From NCBI GenBank assembly GCA_029856125.1, contig JAHQWJ010000062.1, positions 32,001-96,000 on the forward strand: 64,000 bases of DNA, given 5' to 3'. Each line of letters opens with the position of its first letter. Within the stretch, counting starts at the first letter, position 1. The DNA is from Promethearchaeia archaeon (GTDB taxonomy: Archaea > Asgardarchaeota > Lokiarchaeia > Sigyniarchaeales > SOKP01). Below are positions 32,451 through 41,786 of this stretch, piece after piece. The position numbers were made by a program, and so were the translations under genes. The notes beneath the pieces were generated by a model, which made no database searches, was not told the DNA's origin, and worked only from the letters and a program-made list of their open reading frames with translations.

Positions 32451-33077
32451 ATGGCTGATAAAGAAATCTTCACCTTAGCTGACGGAAAAGAGCTAATACA
32501 ATTCGCAAGAGATAATATCGTGTATTACCTTAAGAATAGCAAAGGTATCATTATACCTGAAGTTTTAAAAAATAAATATAAGGAAAATTATGGAGCATTT
32601 GTCACTTTAAATACTCATAATGTGAATGGTAATCCTTTAAGAGGTTGTATAGGGTATATAGAACCAAGATTTGCATTATACGATGTTATTCATAAAGTTT
32701 CAATCAGTTCAGCAACTGAAGATACTCGTTTCTCGTCTGTATCTATTGATGAAATGGATAATATTACCATTGAAATTTCAATATTAACTCCTCCAAAGAT
32801 AATAGAAGTTAGCACTCCGAATGAATATCTTGAAAAAATTGTAATAGGGAGGGATGGACTTATAGTGGAGAGAGGAATGCGAAGAGGTTTACTTCTTCCA
32901 CAAGTTCCCATAGACCACGATAGGAATTGGGATGTAGAAACTTTCCTTAACCATACATGTAGTAAAGCGTGGCTTTCTTCTGATGCTTGGAAAGATATAA
33001 AAGGAACTAAAATATATTCTTTTCAAGCAATTATATTTGAAGAAAAAACTCCGCTGGGAGAGGTCGTTCGTAAATAA
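32451..33077 (+). CDS. AMMECR1-domain protein
   Basis: GAFVTL...LRGCIG, D.RF, EISILTPP, GRDGL, GLLLPQV. Confidence 0.93.
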   Translation: MADKEIFTLADGKELIQFARDNIVYYLKNSKGIIIPEVLKNKYKENYGAFVTLNTHNVNGNPLRGCIGYIEPRFALYDVIHKVSISSATEDTRFSSVSIDEMDNITIEISILTPPKIIEVSTPNEYLEKIVIGRDGLIVERGMRRGLLLPQVPIDHDRNWDVETFLNHTCSKAWLSSDAWKDIKGTKIYSFQAIIFEEKTPLGEVVRK

Positions 33078-33110
33078 TTTTCTCCTATCGAAATATAAAT
33101 TAAAATTTTC

Positions 33111-34628
33111 TTGAGAATTATGGAAAAAGATGAAAATTTAATTTTAACAATAGATATTTCTTCCAATTCAATAAAGGTAGGATTAGTATCCGACCAATTA
33201 AAAATAAAAATCTATAACACTCAAGAATTAAAAATATATAATGAAGATTTAGATGGTTTTGCTAAACGCTTTGACATGGATGACCTTTGGAAAAAGGTTA
33301 TGATGGGAATAGATTTTGTTCTTTCCAAATCTAAAAACAAAAGGATTGTAGGTTTATCAACCTGTACTCAACGAATTGCCTCCGTTTTTCTAGACGAAAA
33401 GGGAAACGCCGTGTATGGAGGACCTAATATTGATATACGTGGTATCGATTCAGCCTATCTCATAGATGATGCGTTTTCAGAAATTGATTTATTTGAGATA
33501 ACGGGACATAGTCCGTCTCTGCTATTTTGTCTAGCAAGATTATTGTGGTTTAAAGAAGAAGCGGAAGAAGTTTATGCAAAAATTAAAAAAGTATTGACAT
33601 TAGATGATTGGTTAGTCTACAAACTTACCGGAAATTTTTATTCTGATCTATCCTCTGCAGCTGAGTCCCAATTACTGGATATTAAAAAAGGAGAATGGAG
33701 TTCTGAAATAATAGACACTTTTAATTTTGATCCCGATTTTTTTCCAGATATTGTTGATTCAGGAACTATTGTGGGCGAATTAAAAGAAAGTTTAAACAAA
33801 AGATTCGATATTGACCTTAAAAGTATTCCCTTTGTCAAGTCGGGCGGAGATACGCAAGCAACTTTATTAGGTATGGGTGTAATCGAAGAAGGTGATATAG
33901 GCATTAGTTTAGGTACTACATCACCACTTCATCTCGTTGTAAATAAACCCATTTTTGATCCTAATTGTAATTTCTGGACCACATGCCATTCGATAAAAGG
34001 AAAATGGTTAATTGAAAGCAATGCGGGCAACACGGGTGCTTCCTACAATTGGTTTAAAGAAGCATTTTTATCAAGTTTTACTGACAATCCAGATTCTTTA
34101 ATAGAGGATTTTCTAAAAAGAACAACACCAGGAGCTTTTTCGACTTACACCTACTTGGGCCCTGAAAAGATGAACATTAAAAATACTACTTCTATTAGAA
34201 GAGGGGCTTTTGTTTTTCAACCACCTATTATGGTGTCTGAGGATGTTCCCAAAATTGAAAATTTTGCCCGGAGCGTTCTTGAAAACATAGCATTCGGGAT
34301 ATTTGAAAATCATCAAGTGCTGCGCAATCAAACTGACCTTAGCACAAAAACTTATGTTGCAGGTGGGATGGCTAAATCTAATGAGTTTTGCAAATTGTTA
34401 GCTAATATATTAGATAGCCAAATTTCTGTCGCCTGTATTAGAGATTCAGCATTTGTTGGTGCTGCAATAAATACACTAATAGGTTTAAAGTACTATTCCA
34501 ATTACAAATCTATTATTAATAATCTATTAACATTTGAAGATATAAAAAACGATCCTGGTGTCTCTGATAAATTCAAAACAATTTATCTCGAATGGAAAAA
34601 CCTAAAATCAAAAATTGATAGTTTATGA
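33111..34628 (+). CDS. FGGY-family carbohydrate kinase (LsrK/XylB-like)
   Basis: CTQR, NIDIRG, ARLLWFKE, DWLVYKLTG, GGDTQ, AGGMAKS. Confidence 0.85.
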   Translation: MRIMEKDENLILTIDISSNSIKVGLVSDQLKIKIYNTQELKIYNEDLDGFAKRFDMDDLWKKVMMGIDFVLSKSKNKRIVGLSTCTQRIASVFLDEKGNAVYGGPNIDIRGIDSAYLIDDAFSEIDLFEITGHSPSLLFCLARLLWFKEEAEEVYAKIKKVLTLDDWLVYKLTGNFYSDLSSAAESQLLDIKKGEWSSEIIDTFNFDPDFFPDIVDSGTIVGELKESLNKRFDIDLKSIPFVKSGGDTQATLLGMGVIEEGDIGISLGTTSPLHLVVNKPIFDPNCNFWTTCHSIKGKWLIESNAGNTGASYNWFKEAFLSSFTDNPDSLIEDFLKRTTPGAFSTYTYLGPEKMNIKNTTSIRRGAFVFQPPIMVSEDVPKIENFARSVLENIAFGIFENHQVLRNQTDLSTKTYVAGGMAKSNEFCKLLANILDSQISVACIRDSAFVGAAINTLIGLKYYSNYKSIINNLLTFEDIKNDPGVSDKFKTIYLEWKNLKSKIDSL

Positions 34629-34730
34629 TTTATTCTGGTTATTAATTTTAATATTTTTATAAACGATAGTAAATTACTAACTTTAAAATTATTATTAAAA
34701 CTTGTTTTCGTATTTTAAGGGTGAATAAAA

Positions 34731-35081
34731 TTGTCAAATTTTGAAAATTTTGAGTCTTGTTTAAAGGAAATTGAAAATCGTTATATTACTACAGAAAAAG
34801 TAAGAAAGAAATTAGCAAACTATAACGACCCTATACAAATTTCATTTTTAGATACGAATCGTACCGTCATGATCTACGTTAATAAGGATCAAGGAATAGA
34901 GGTAAAAGATAACGCTAGCGATGAAACTGCTACAGTTAAAATCGAGTTTACTTCAGAAAAGATATTATTGGAACTTTTTAACAAAGAGCTTGGAGCGGTG
35001 AAAGCGTATTCTTCAGGAAAAATAAAGGTCATTGAAGGAAACATTAGAAATTTAATGAAACTGAAGAGCTTGATGTTTTAG
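34731..35081 (+). CDS. SCP2 sterol/lipid-binding domain protein
   Basis: 116 aa with KAYSSGKIKV.EGNI..LMKL. Confidence 0.75.
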   Translation: MSNFENFESCLKEIENRYITTEKVRKKLANYNDPIQISFLDTNRTVMIYVNKDQGIEVKDNASDETATVKIEFTSEKILLELFNKELGAVKAYSSGKIKVIEGNIRNLMKLKSLMF

Positions 35082-35166
35082 CTAAATTCAGTTGTTTTAA
35101 TCATATAATCTAAATATAATTGCGTGATTATATAATCTAATACTTAAAGAATGGATAATCTTTTAG

Positions 35167-36864
35167 TTGAGTAGAGAAATTATGAAAGCATTTATAACAG
35201 CAAGTATAACTGATGATGTTTTAGAAGAATTGCAAAAGAAAATGGAAGTAACCTATGAGAGTTGGAGAGACACTGGAAATATATATTTTGACATTAAAGA
35301 GATGGTTGAAAAATTAAGGAATTACGATGTCTTCATAACTGTAGCAGATGATTTAAAAAAAGCAGAACTTTTTGAACAGACAAACTTGAAGCTGATTGCG
35401 TCTTGTCGTGGGGATCCTTTTAACATCAATTTAGACGCTGCTACAAAAAGAAATATACCTATTATTTACGCACCAAACAGGAATGTCGTTGCAGTTGCTG
35501 AATTAACTGTTGGTTTAATCATATCCATGGCAAGAAATCTTACTAAACTAGACCGATTCCTACATTCAGAAGATTTTGAAATTATTGAGTTTGAAGATTG
35601 GATTAATTGTTATAATAAATTCATGGGAAGTGAATTAGAAAGTAAAACAATAGGCATAGTTGGTTTTGGTCAAATTGGGCAAAGGGTAGCCGAACGATTA
35701 AAACCGTTTGGTGTTAAATTTCTAATATATGATCCGTATGTTTCCGAGGAAATTGTTGAAGAGTACGGGGACAAGACAGACCTTAACGTTTTAATGAAAG
35801 AATCAGATTTTATTACCTTACATGCAGTAGCAACTGATGAAAATGATAATCTTATTAACGAAGAACGGATAAAAATGATGAAAAGCTCTGGATATTTAAT
35901 AAACTTGGCTAAAGGAAGCCTAGTTGATTACGATTATTTATACGGGGCTTTAAAGAATAACGAGATCGCGGGAGCTGCTCTAGATGTATTCCCTTTAGAG
36001 CCCATTGATGAAGATAATGAGTTTTTAGAATTAGATAATGTTATAGTAATGCCCCATATTGGTGGAAATACAACTGAAGTAATTAATAGACAATCTAAAA
36101 TGCTCCTTAAGGATATTAACATTTGGTTAAATAATGGAATTCCTTCTCATGTATTGAATCCCGAAGTATTTGAAGGATATAAGGAAAAAAAGGAGATACT
36201 AGATAAACCAAGCAATAAATTTAAAGAAGAAATAGTAGAAATTTGTAAAAAGTTATTAAGCGACGGCCATGTTATTGGATCAGCGGGAAATGTAAGTATG
36301 AGAATTAAAAAGGGTGATGAAGAATTCATTTTAATCACCCCTAGTAATGTTAACTACAAAGAGATGGAACCAAAGGATATTTTAATTATTGATCTTGAGG
36401 GCAAAGTAATCGAAGGAGAAAGAAATCCCTCAGTAGAAAAACACTTACACTTAGGAATATACAAAGATCGAGAAGATGTGAATGCAATTATTCACTCTCA
36501 CGGAATGTACTCAACAATACTCAGTACTCTCAATTTGTCGTTACCTCCAATAATGGAAGAACTTGTGCCCTACTTAGGCGGAGAGGTTTTATGTTCCGAT
36601 TACGGTGAGGCTGGAAGTGAAGAATTAGCTGATAATGTAAAAGCAAGTTTAGAAGATAGAAGCGCAGTAATTCTTGCCAACCATGGGAGTTTATGTTGTG
36701 GAGGTCATTTAGAAGGAGCATATACCGTATTAAAATATTTAGAGAGAGGATCAAAAACATATTATCTTGCTAAATTAATTAAGGAGCCAAATCTTTTACC
36801 TGAAGATACTATTGATTATGAGATGGATATTTTTGAGCTTTTTAAAGAGTCAAAGAAAATCTAA
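35167..36864 (+). CDS. Fusion of D-2-hydroxyacid dehydrogenase and class II aldolase
   Basis: N-part GIVGFGQIG, DFITLH, ALDVF..EP, PHIGG; C-part AGNVS.R, ITPS, PSVEKHLH, IHSH, LANHG. Confidence 0.9.
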   Translation: MSREIMKAFITASITDDVLEELQKKMEVTYESWRDTGNIYFDIKEMVEKLRNYDVFITVADDLKKAELFEQTNLKLIASCRGDPFNINLDAATKRNIPIIYAPNRNVVAVAELTVGLIISMARNLTKLDRFLHSEDFEIIEFEDWINCYNKFMGSELESKTIGIVGFGQIGQRVAERLKPFGVKFLIYDPYVSEEIVEEYGDKTDLNVLMKESDFITLHAVATDENDNLINEERIKMMKSSGYLINLAKGSLVDYDYLYGALKNNEIAGAALDVFPLEPIDEDNEFLELDNVIVMPHIGGNTTEVINRQSKMLLKDINIWLNNGIPSHVLNPEVFEGYKEKKEILDKPSNKFKEEIVEICKKLLSDGHVIGSAGNVSMRIKKGDEEFILITPSNVNYKEMEPKDILIIDLEGKVIEGERNPSVEKHLHLGIYKDREDVNAIIHSHGMYSTILSTLNLSLPPIMEELVPYLGGEVLCSDYGEAGSEELADNVKASLEDRSAVILANHGSLCCGGHLEGAYTVLKYLERGSKTYYLAKLIKEPNLLPEDTIDYEMDIFELFKESKKI

Positions 36865-37949
36865 TTTTCTAAATAATTTATAATTGTTTTTTGAAATGTA
36901 CTTGGAGATTTTTTCAAGTTCGATAGCTTAATTCCGACTAATCTAACTTTCTTATTCATTGTAGAAAATTCGTTAGTTAATTCGGTGATAACTCGTAAAA
37001 CCTTTTTCTTATCTTGAATGTGATGAATAAAAGAATGCGCGCGAGTGAAGGTTAAATAGCCCTCAAGTCTTATTTTTAAACTTACCGTCTTATAATGGAT
37101 CTTATTTTTAATTACACTTTTATGAATTCTATTATTTATTTCTTCAAGTTTAGACAAAATTTCATTAAAATCGTCAGTGTCCTCAAAAAAGGTTCGTTCC
37201 TTACTAATAGATTTTCTATCGCCGTGAAATTCTTTTACTTCTCTAGTATCAAAACCGTTCGCAACATTCCATACCCATTCTCCGTTTTTTCCAAACAACT
37301 GAACCATTTTAGGAAGTGTAAGATTAATGATATCACCAATAGTTTTAATCCCCTTCTTGTTATAATATAATTGGGACTTTTTTCCAATTCCGGGGATTCT
37401 GGTTATATCCATAGGACTCAGGAATTTTTTAATATATTCTGGTTTTACGACCGTAACGCCATTAGGCTTATTATGATCTGAAGCGATCTTAGCAATCGAT
37501 TTAGTTGGAGCACATCCGATTGAGATTGTTATGCCTACTTTTTTTTGGACTTCGTCTTTTAATTTTTTAGCTAAATCTCTAACTTCTATAACATTTTTAC
37601 ACTTGTCTGATATGTCTAGGTATGCCTCGTCAATACTTACTTGTTGAAACATATCTGAATAGGAATTAACAATCTCCATTACTTCTTTTGAGGCTTTATG
37701 GTATTTCTCAAAATTGGGATGAAGATAGATACCGTGAGGACATCTTTTGTAAGCTTGGGATATAGGCATCGCAGAATGGAGCCCAAATTTTCGAGCTTCG
37801 TAGTTACAGGTACTGACTACACCCCTTCCTTTTCCATTTTTTGGGTCGGCCCCTATTATTATGGGATTTCCTATATATTTTGGGTTATCTCGTGCCTCAA
37901 CAGCGGCAAAAAAGCAATCTAAGTCGCAATGTAAGATAAAACGGCTCAT
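36861..37949 (-). CDS. dinB: Y-family DNA polymerase IV (DinB/Dpo4)
   Basis: HCDLDCFFAAVE, CNYEARKFG, SIDEAYLD, KPNG, IPGIG. Confidence 0.95.
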   Translation of the reverse strand: MSRFILHCDLDCFFAAVEARDNPKYIGNPIIIGADPKNGKGRGVVSTCNYEARKFGLHSAMPISQAYKRCPHGIYLHPNFEKYHKASKEVMEIVNSYSDMFQQVSIDEAYLDISDKCKNVIEVRDLAKKLKDEVQKKVGITISIGCAPTKSIAKIASDHNKPNGVTVVKPEYIKKFLSPMDITRIPGIGKKSQLYYNKKGIKTIGDIINLTLPKMVQLFGKNGEWVWNVANGFDTREVKEFHGDRKSISKERTFFEDTDDFNEILSKLEEINNRIHKSVIKNKIHYKTVSLKIRLEGYLTFTRAHSFIHHIQDKKKVLRVITELTNEFSTMNKKVRLVGIKLSNLKKSPSTFQKTIINYLEN

Positions 37950-38128
37950 TTTTAATCGTTTTTAATAAATTGTATTAATTTAGACAATGATAGTATTTCC
38001 AAATAAAATAAAAAAAGTTAGACTATGTTGAATTATTAATTTAAAAAGGTAAAATCCAATAATTCGACTCTAATGAATATCTAATTCTATGAAAATACAT
38101 TTTTAATCAATCTTTAATTTAAAATAAT

Positions 38129-38821
38129 ATGGAAACAGATAAGTTAGAACAACTTCGAAAAACGGTTGTAAGAGGAGCTCAAGAGATTTATAGTAAAGGT
38201 TTAGTTGAGGACGGTGAAGGTAATGTTAGTGTCAGGGTTAATAAAAATGAAATATTAGTTACTCCTACTTCCACGAAATATCGTCTATTAAATCCAGATT
38301 TAATTGTTCATATGGATTTAGATGGGAATGTAATCGGATCAGGAAAAATTCCCTCTACAGAAGTAAAAATGCATTTAGCAGTTTATAAAGATAGACCTAA
38401 AGTAAAATGTGTCATTCATAATCATTCTTCTTATGTTTCCATGCTTTCAATTCTCAGAAAAAACATTCCAATTATTATGGAACAACAATTAATTTTTCTT
38501 GGTGGATCAATTCAATGCACTGAGATTACAGAAGCTCATACAGATAAAATGGGAGTTAGTGCTTTAAACGCATTAGGGAGAAATAACGCTGCTATATTAG
38601 CTAATCATGGAGCTATAATATGTGGTAAATCGCTAGATCATGCAGTTCGATTTTCTGTGATCCTTGAAAAATTAGCTAAAGTGTATTGGGGAGCATTACA
38701 AATTGGAGAACCTCGAATCATCCCTCAAGAAAATCTTGAAGAACATGAAAAAATGTTCAATAGCCTATTTGCCTGCTATCCAAAAAGACTAAGAGTTAAA
38801 CAAAAAATGAGGCGGGATTGA
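38129..38821 (+). CDS. Class II aldolase/adducin-family protein (FucA-like)
   Basis: GNVSVR, PSTEVKMH, IHNHS, LANHG. Confidence 0.9.
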   Translation: METDKLEQLRKTVVRGAQEIYSKGLVEDGEGNVSVRVNKNEILVTPTSTKYRLLNPDLIVHMDLDGNVIGSGKIPSTEVKMHLAVYKDRPKVKCVIHNHSSYVSMLSILRKNIPIIMEQQLIFLGGSIQCTEITEAHTDKMGVSALNALGRNNAAILANHGAIICGKSLDHAVRFSVILEKLAKVYWGALQIGEPRIIPQENLEEHEKMFNSLFACYPKRLRVKQKMRRD

Positions 38822-39652
38822 ATGAAGTTAGGTATTAGTTCACTAGGGAACATCATGGAAAATGCGTTTAAAAACAAATTTCCTAATATTTCTAGTATGC
38901 TTTACCATTCTACAGAAGAATGCTTTAAATTTGCGGAAAAAAATGGGATTGATGTTGTAGAAATTGTTGTGGATCCACAGGATATGTTTATAGGGGAGAT
39001 GAAACAAGCGTATCTTGATCTTTTTAAATCGTATTCAATGGTAAAGCAAGTACATGGACCTTTTATAGATATTAACTTATGCTCTCACAATAAAGGAATA
39101 TCTCAAGCCTCAATAGACGCGTATTTTGAAACTGCTCAATTTTGCCAGGAATTAAAAGCCAAAATATTAACTATACATCCAGGATTGGCTAATTTTTTGT
39201 TGGAATCTCTTAGGGATTATAATAGAATCCAATTAGCTAAAGCAATTAATAGTATATTAGACATGACAAAAAATCTTGATATATCGATTTGCTTAGAAAA
39301 CATGCCTAAAAATACACATATAATGTTAAATCAAGATAATATCGAGGAAAATTTAAAGTCAATTAATAGAAAAGATTTATTCCTCACATATGATACCAGC
39401 CACTTCTATACCAATAATGGAGATGTGGATTTGCTTTGGGAAAGGTATCACAAAATTATTAAAAATGTACACCTCGTCGAAAACTTTACAACCGAGTCAG
39501 ATACTCATCCGAGCCTTGGTTCTGGGAAAGTTAACTTTAAAGGGATTTTAGAAACTATAAGAAATTATCAGTATAAAGGGGCTTTAATTATTGAGTTATC
39601 CTCTAATGAGGGTTTAGAAAACAGTATCGACTATATTCATAAGTTATTATGA
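38822..39652 (+). CDS. Sugar phosphate isomerase/epimerase (TIM barrel)
   Basis: VHGPF.DINL, IHPG, LENMP, DTSH, VHL, H...G.G.V, IIE. Confidence 0.85.
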   Translation: MKLGISSLGNIMENAFKNKFPNISSMLYHSTEECFKFAEKNGIDVVEIVVDPQDMFIGEMKQAYLDLFKSYSMVKQVHGPFIDINLCSHNKGISQASIDAYFETAQFCQELKAKILTIHPGLANFLLESLRDYNRIQLAKAINSILDMTKNLDISICLENMPKNTHIMLNQDNIEENLKSINRKDLFLTYDTSHFYTNNGDVDLLWERYHKIIKNVHLVENFTTESDTHPSLGSGKVNFKGILETIRNYQYKGALIIELSSNEGLENSIDYIHKLL

Positions 39653-39708
39653 AATAGTTTGGCTATTATTACTACACTTATTTAAGAACCATTTTTATAA
39701 TCCATATA

Positions 39709-40101
39709 ATGAAAATTATTTCCCTCCAAGTTAGCGAAGACTTACTAGAGAGGTTTGAAAAAGTTCGAAAACAGAGCGGGTTTAGTTCTAAAAGCGAAGC
39801 TTTAAGAGATTCAATATTAAAATTCATAGAAAATCATGAGAAATTCGAGAATTTAGAAGGATACAGAATCATGACAATTAACCTAGTATATCCTGTTAAG
39901 GAACCTATAGCTGATGAAATTTCTGAGCTTTTTTATAAATTTCACACGATAATAAAGGCTGTAAGCGATTGGAGAATTGCTGAAAAAAAAATCGAAACGG
40001 TTTTAGTAGTAGGAGAATTCGGATTTATTAAGGATCTTTACCATTCTATCGCAAAAATTAAGGATGTGATTAGTTCAATTCACGAAATAATATTAGATTA
40101 A
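39709..40101 (+). CDS. Ribbon-helix-helix regulator, NikR-like
   Basis: ISLQV..DLL..F......GFSSKSEALRD plus an ACT-like C-terminal domain. Confidence 0.8.
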   Translation: MKIISLQVSEDLLERFEKVRKQSGFSSKSEALRDSILKFIENHEKFENLEGYRIMTINLVYPVKEPIADEISELFYKFHTIIKAVSDWRIAEKKIETVLVVGEFGFIKDLYHSIAKIKDVISSIHEIILD

Positions 40102-40112
40102 CTGTTATACCT

Positions 40113-40973
40113 TTAATCAAATCGAAGTGAATAATCTACGAATTCCGTAGGCTTTTGAGTAAGAACGCTCGTACTTATCACGTCGGGCTCTGAAATTAGA
40201 TAGTCAAAAATATTTTCTTGAGTAATGTTCCCAGAAACTTCTATAATAACTTGATTACGTAATTTCTCTTGTTTTAATAAGTTTATGGCGTCCTGTACTT
40301 TATCTGGATTCATGTTATCCAGCATAATTATATCTGCTTTGTTTTTTACGGCAATTAGGACATCGCTTACATTTTCAATCTCAATTTCTATTTTTTTTGT
40401 GAAACTAACTCGAGACTTTACGTCTTTGAGAAGTTTTACGATGTCCCCTTTATAAAATTTTAAATGAGGTGATTTTAAAAGCACCATATCGTCCAAACTA
40501 AAACGATGAGTATCTCCTCCACCCAATTCTACGGCTTTCTTTTCGAACAACCTTAACCCTGGAAGAGTTTTTCGTGTACAAGCTATTTTCACATTTTTTC
40601 CAGAATCCTCAATTATTTTTACAAATTTTCGGGTAGTTGAAGTTATTGCACTCATGTGACTCATAAGATTTAGACCTACTCGCTCACCAAGCAATATATT
40701 TCTGGATTCTCCGTCTATTTTCGCGAAGATATCACCATTATGGATTTGATCTCCATCTTCTTTGTTTCTGATAACTTTAACATTTAAGAGTTGATATAAT
40801 ATACCCAACTCTTCTAAACCAGATAAATATCCATCACTTTTTGCGATAATTGTGGCTGAGGATACAGACTCTTTGGGAATGGCGTTTGAACTAACATCGA
40901 TGAAAGAGTTGTCTTCAATTAAGAACTTTTTTAGTTTTTCTTTGATTAAAATACGATTATAACTCATTTTCAC
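40113..40973 (-). CDS. nadC: Quinolinate phosphoribosyltransferase
   Basis: GERVGLN, CTRKTLPG, HRFSL.D, IEIE, IMLDN, EVSGNI. Confidence 0.92.
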   Translation of the reverse strand: MKMSYNRILIKEKLKKFLIEDNSFIDVSSNAIPKESVSSATIIAKSDGYLSGLEELGILYQLLNVKVIRNKEDGDQIHNGDIFAKIDGESRNILLGERVGLNLMSHMSAITSTTRKFVKIIEDSGKNVKIACTRKTLPGLRLFEKKAVELGGGDTHRFSLDDMVLLKSPHLKFYKGDIVKLLKDVKSRVSFTKKIEIEIENVSDVLIAVKNKADIIMLDNMNPDKVQDAINLLKQEKLRNQVIIEVSGNITQENIFDYLISEPDVISTSVLTQKPTEFVDYSLRFD

Positions 40974-41023
40974 TAAAGAATTTTGATAGTATTATTATTA
41001 TAGATTAAATACTAATTAAAATT

Positions 41024-41710
41024 ATGCATAGCGTTGAAAAATTGTTTATTCTTAATAATGAAGTAAAACTGGAAGCTGAAGTTTTTCAGATAGAAAATGA
41101 AACACCTAGTTGCGTTGCATTAATGTGCCATCCACATCCTCAATTTCTTTGGGTTTAAATCCCAAGAAAGGGAAAGTATGGCGGGGACATGTATAATAAC
41201 GTTGTATCGGGTGTTTTCAATTCGTTCGTTAAAAAGGATATATCCTGCATACGCTTCAATTTTAGAGGGGCGGGTAATTCGACAGGGGATCATACAAGCG
41301 GTAAGGGCGAATTAAGCGATGTTAAGGCTTGTGTTGACCATTTAACGCAGAGTTTACATTTTGATAGAGTTTTTATATGCGGGTATTCCTACGGTGCAGC
41401 TATAGGGTGCTCTACTATCAATTATTCCGAAAAAATAATTGGATATTGTGCAATTTCTTTTCCTTGGGACTTTATGAGCGTCCAATATAAAGAGTTATCT
41501 CAATCGAAAAGACCAAAATTGTTCATTCAAGGGGATATGGATACAGTAGCCCCTTATGAAAATTTTATGAAACACTTTAATTATTATTCAGAGCCAAAAA
41601 AATTCAAGATTATAGAAGGGGCAGATCATTTTTATCAAAATTTTGAAGAGGTGATTAGTAGAGAAGTATTGAACTTTTATGATTCCATAGCTCAAAATCC
41701 AATTTCATAA
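41024..41710 (+). CDS. Alpha/beta hydrolase (COG2945-like) split by a candidate intron: join(41024..41142,41176..41710), 217 aa when spliced
   Basis: Exon 1 MHSVEK...VKLEAEV...LMCHPHPQ is in the same frame as exon 2 YGGDMYNNVV; RFNFRG, GYSYG, QGDMD and GADHF are intact. Confidence 0.85.
41143..41175 (+). other. Candidate 33-nt bulge-helix-bulge intron in a protein-coding gene
   Basis: Central helix UCCU 41137-41140 / GGGA 41170-41173; 3-nt bulges CA^A and AA^G; intron hairpin UUUCUU(U)GGG / CCCAAGAAA; in-frame TAA at 41156; removal restores PQYGGDM. Confidence 0.8.
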
Positions 41711-41786
41711 CATCTCTGATTATATGAAGTGAATAGATTGAATTTTCTAATTCAATAATAATATAGAGCGAAAAGATTCGGTTTAT

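Noticed and set aside
41156-41158. Stop-codon readthrough or Sec/Pyl recoding
   Set aside because: The stop is TAA, and readthrough would leave 11 extra residues inside the conserved motif.
41153-41176. GTTTAAATCCCAAGAAAGGGAAAG resembles an archaeal CRISPR repeat
   Set aside because: I saw one copy only, with no spacers, leader or cas genes; the BHB pairing accounts for the sequence.
41189-41710. 173-aa hydrolase as called in the ORF track, or a simple pseudogene
   Set aside because: This call omits the conserved N-terminus through HPHP. The catalytic motifs are intact and the insert has exact splice geometry, although a pseudogene is not formally excluded.
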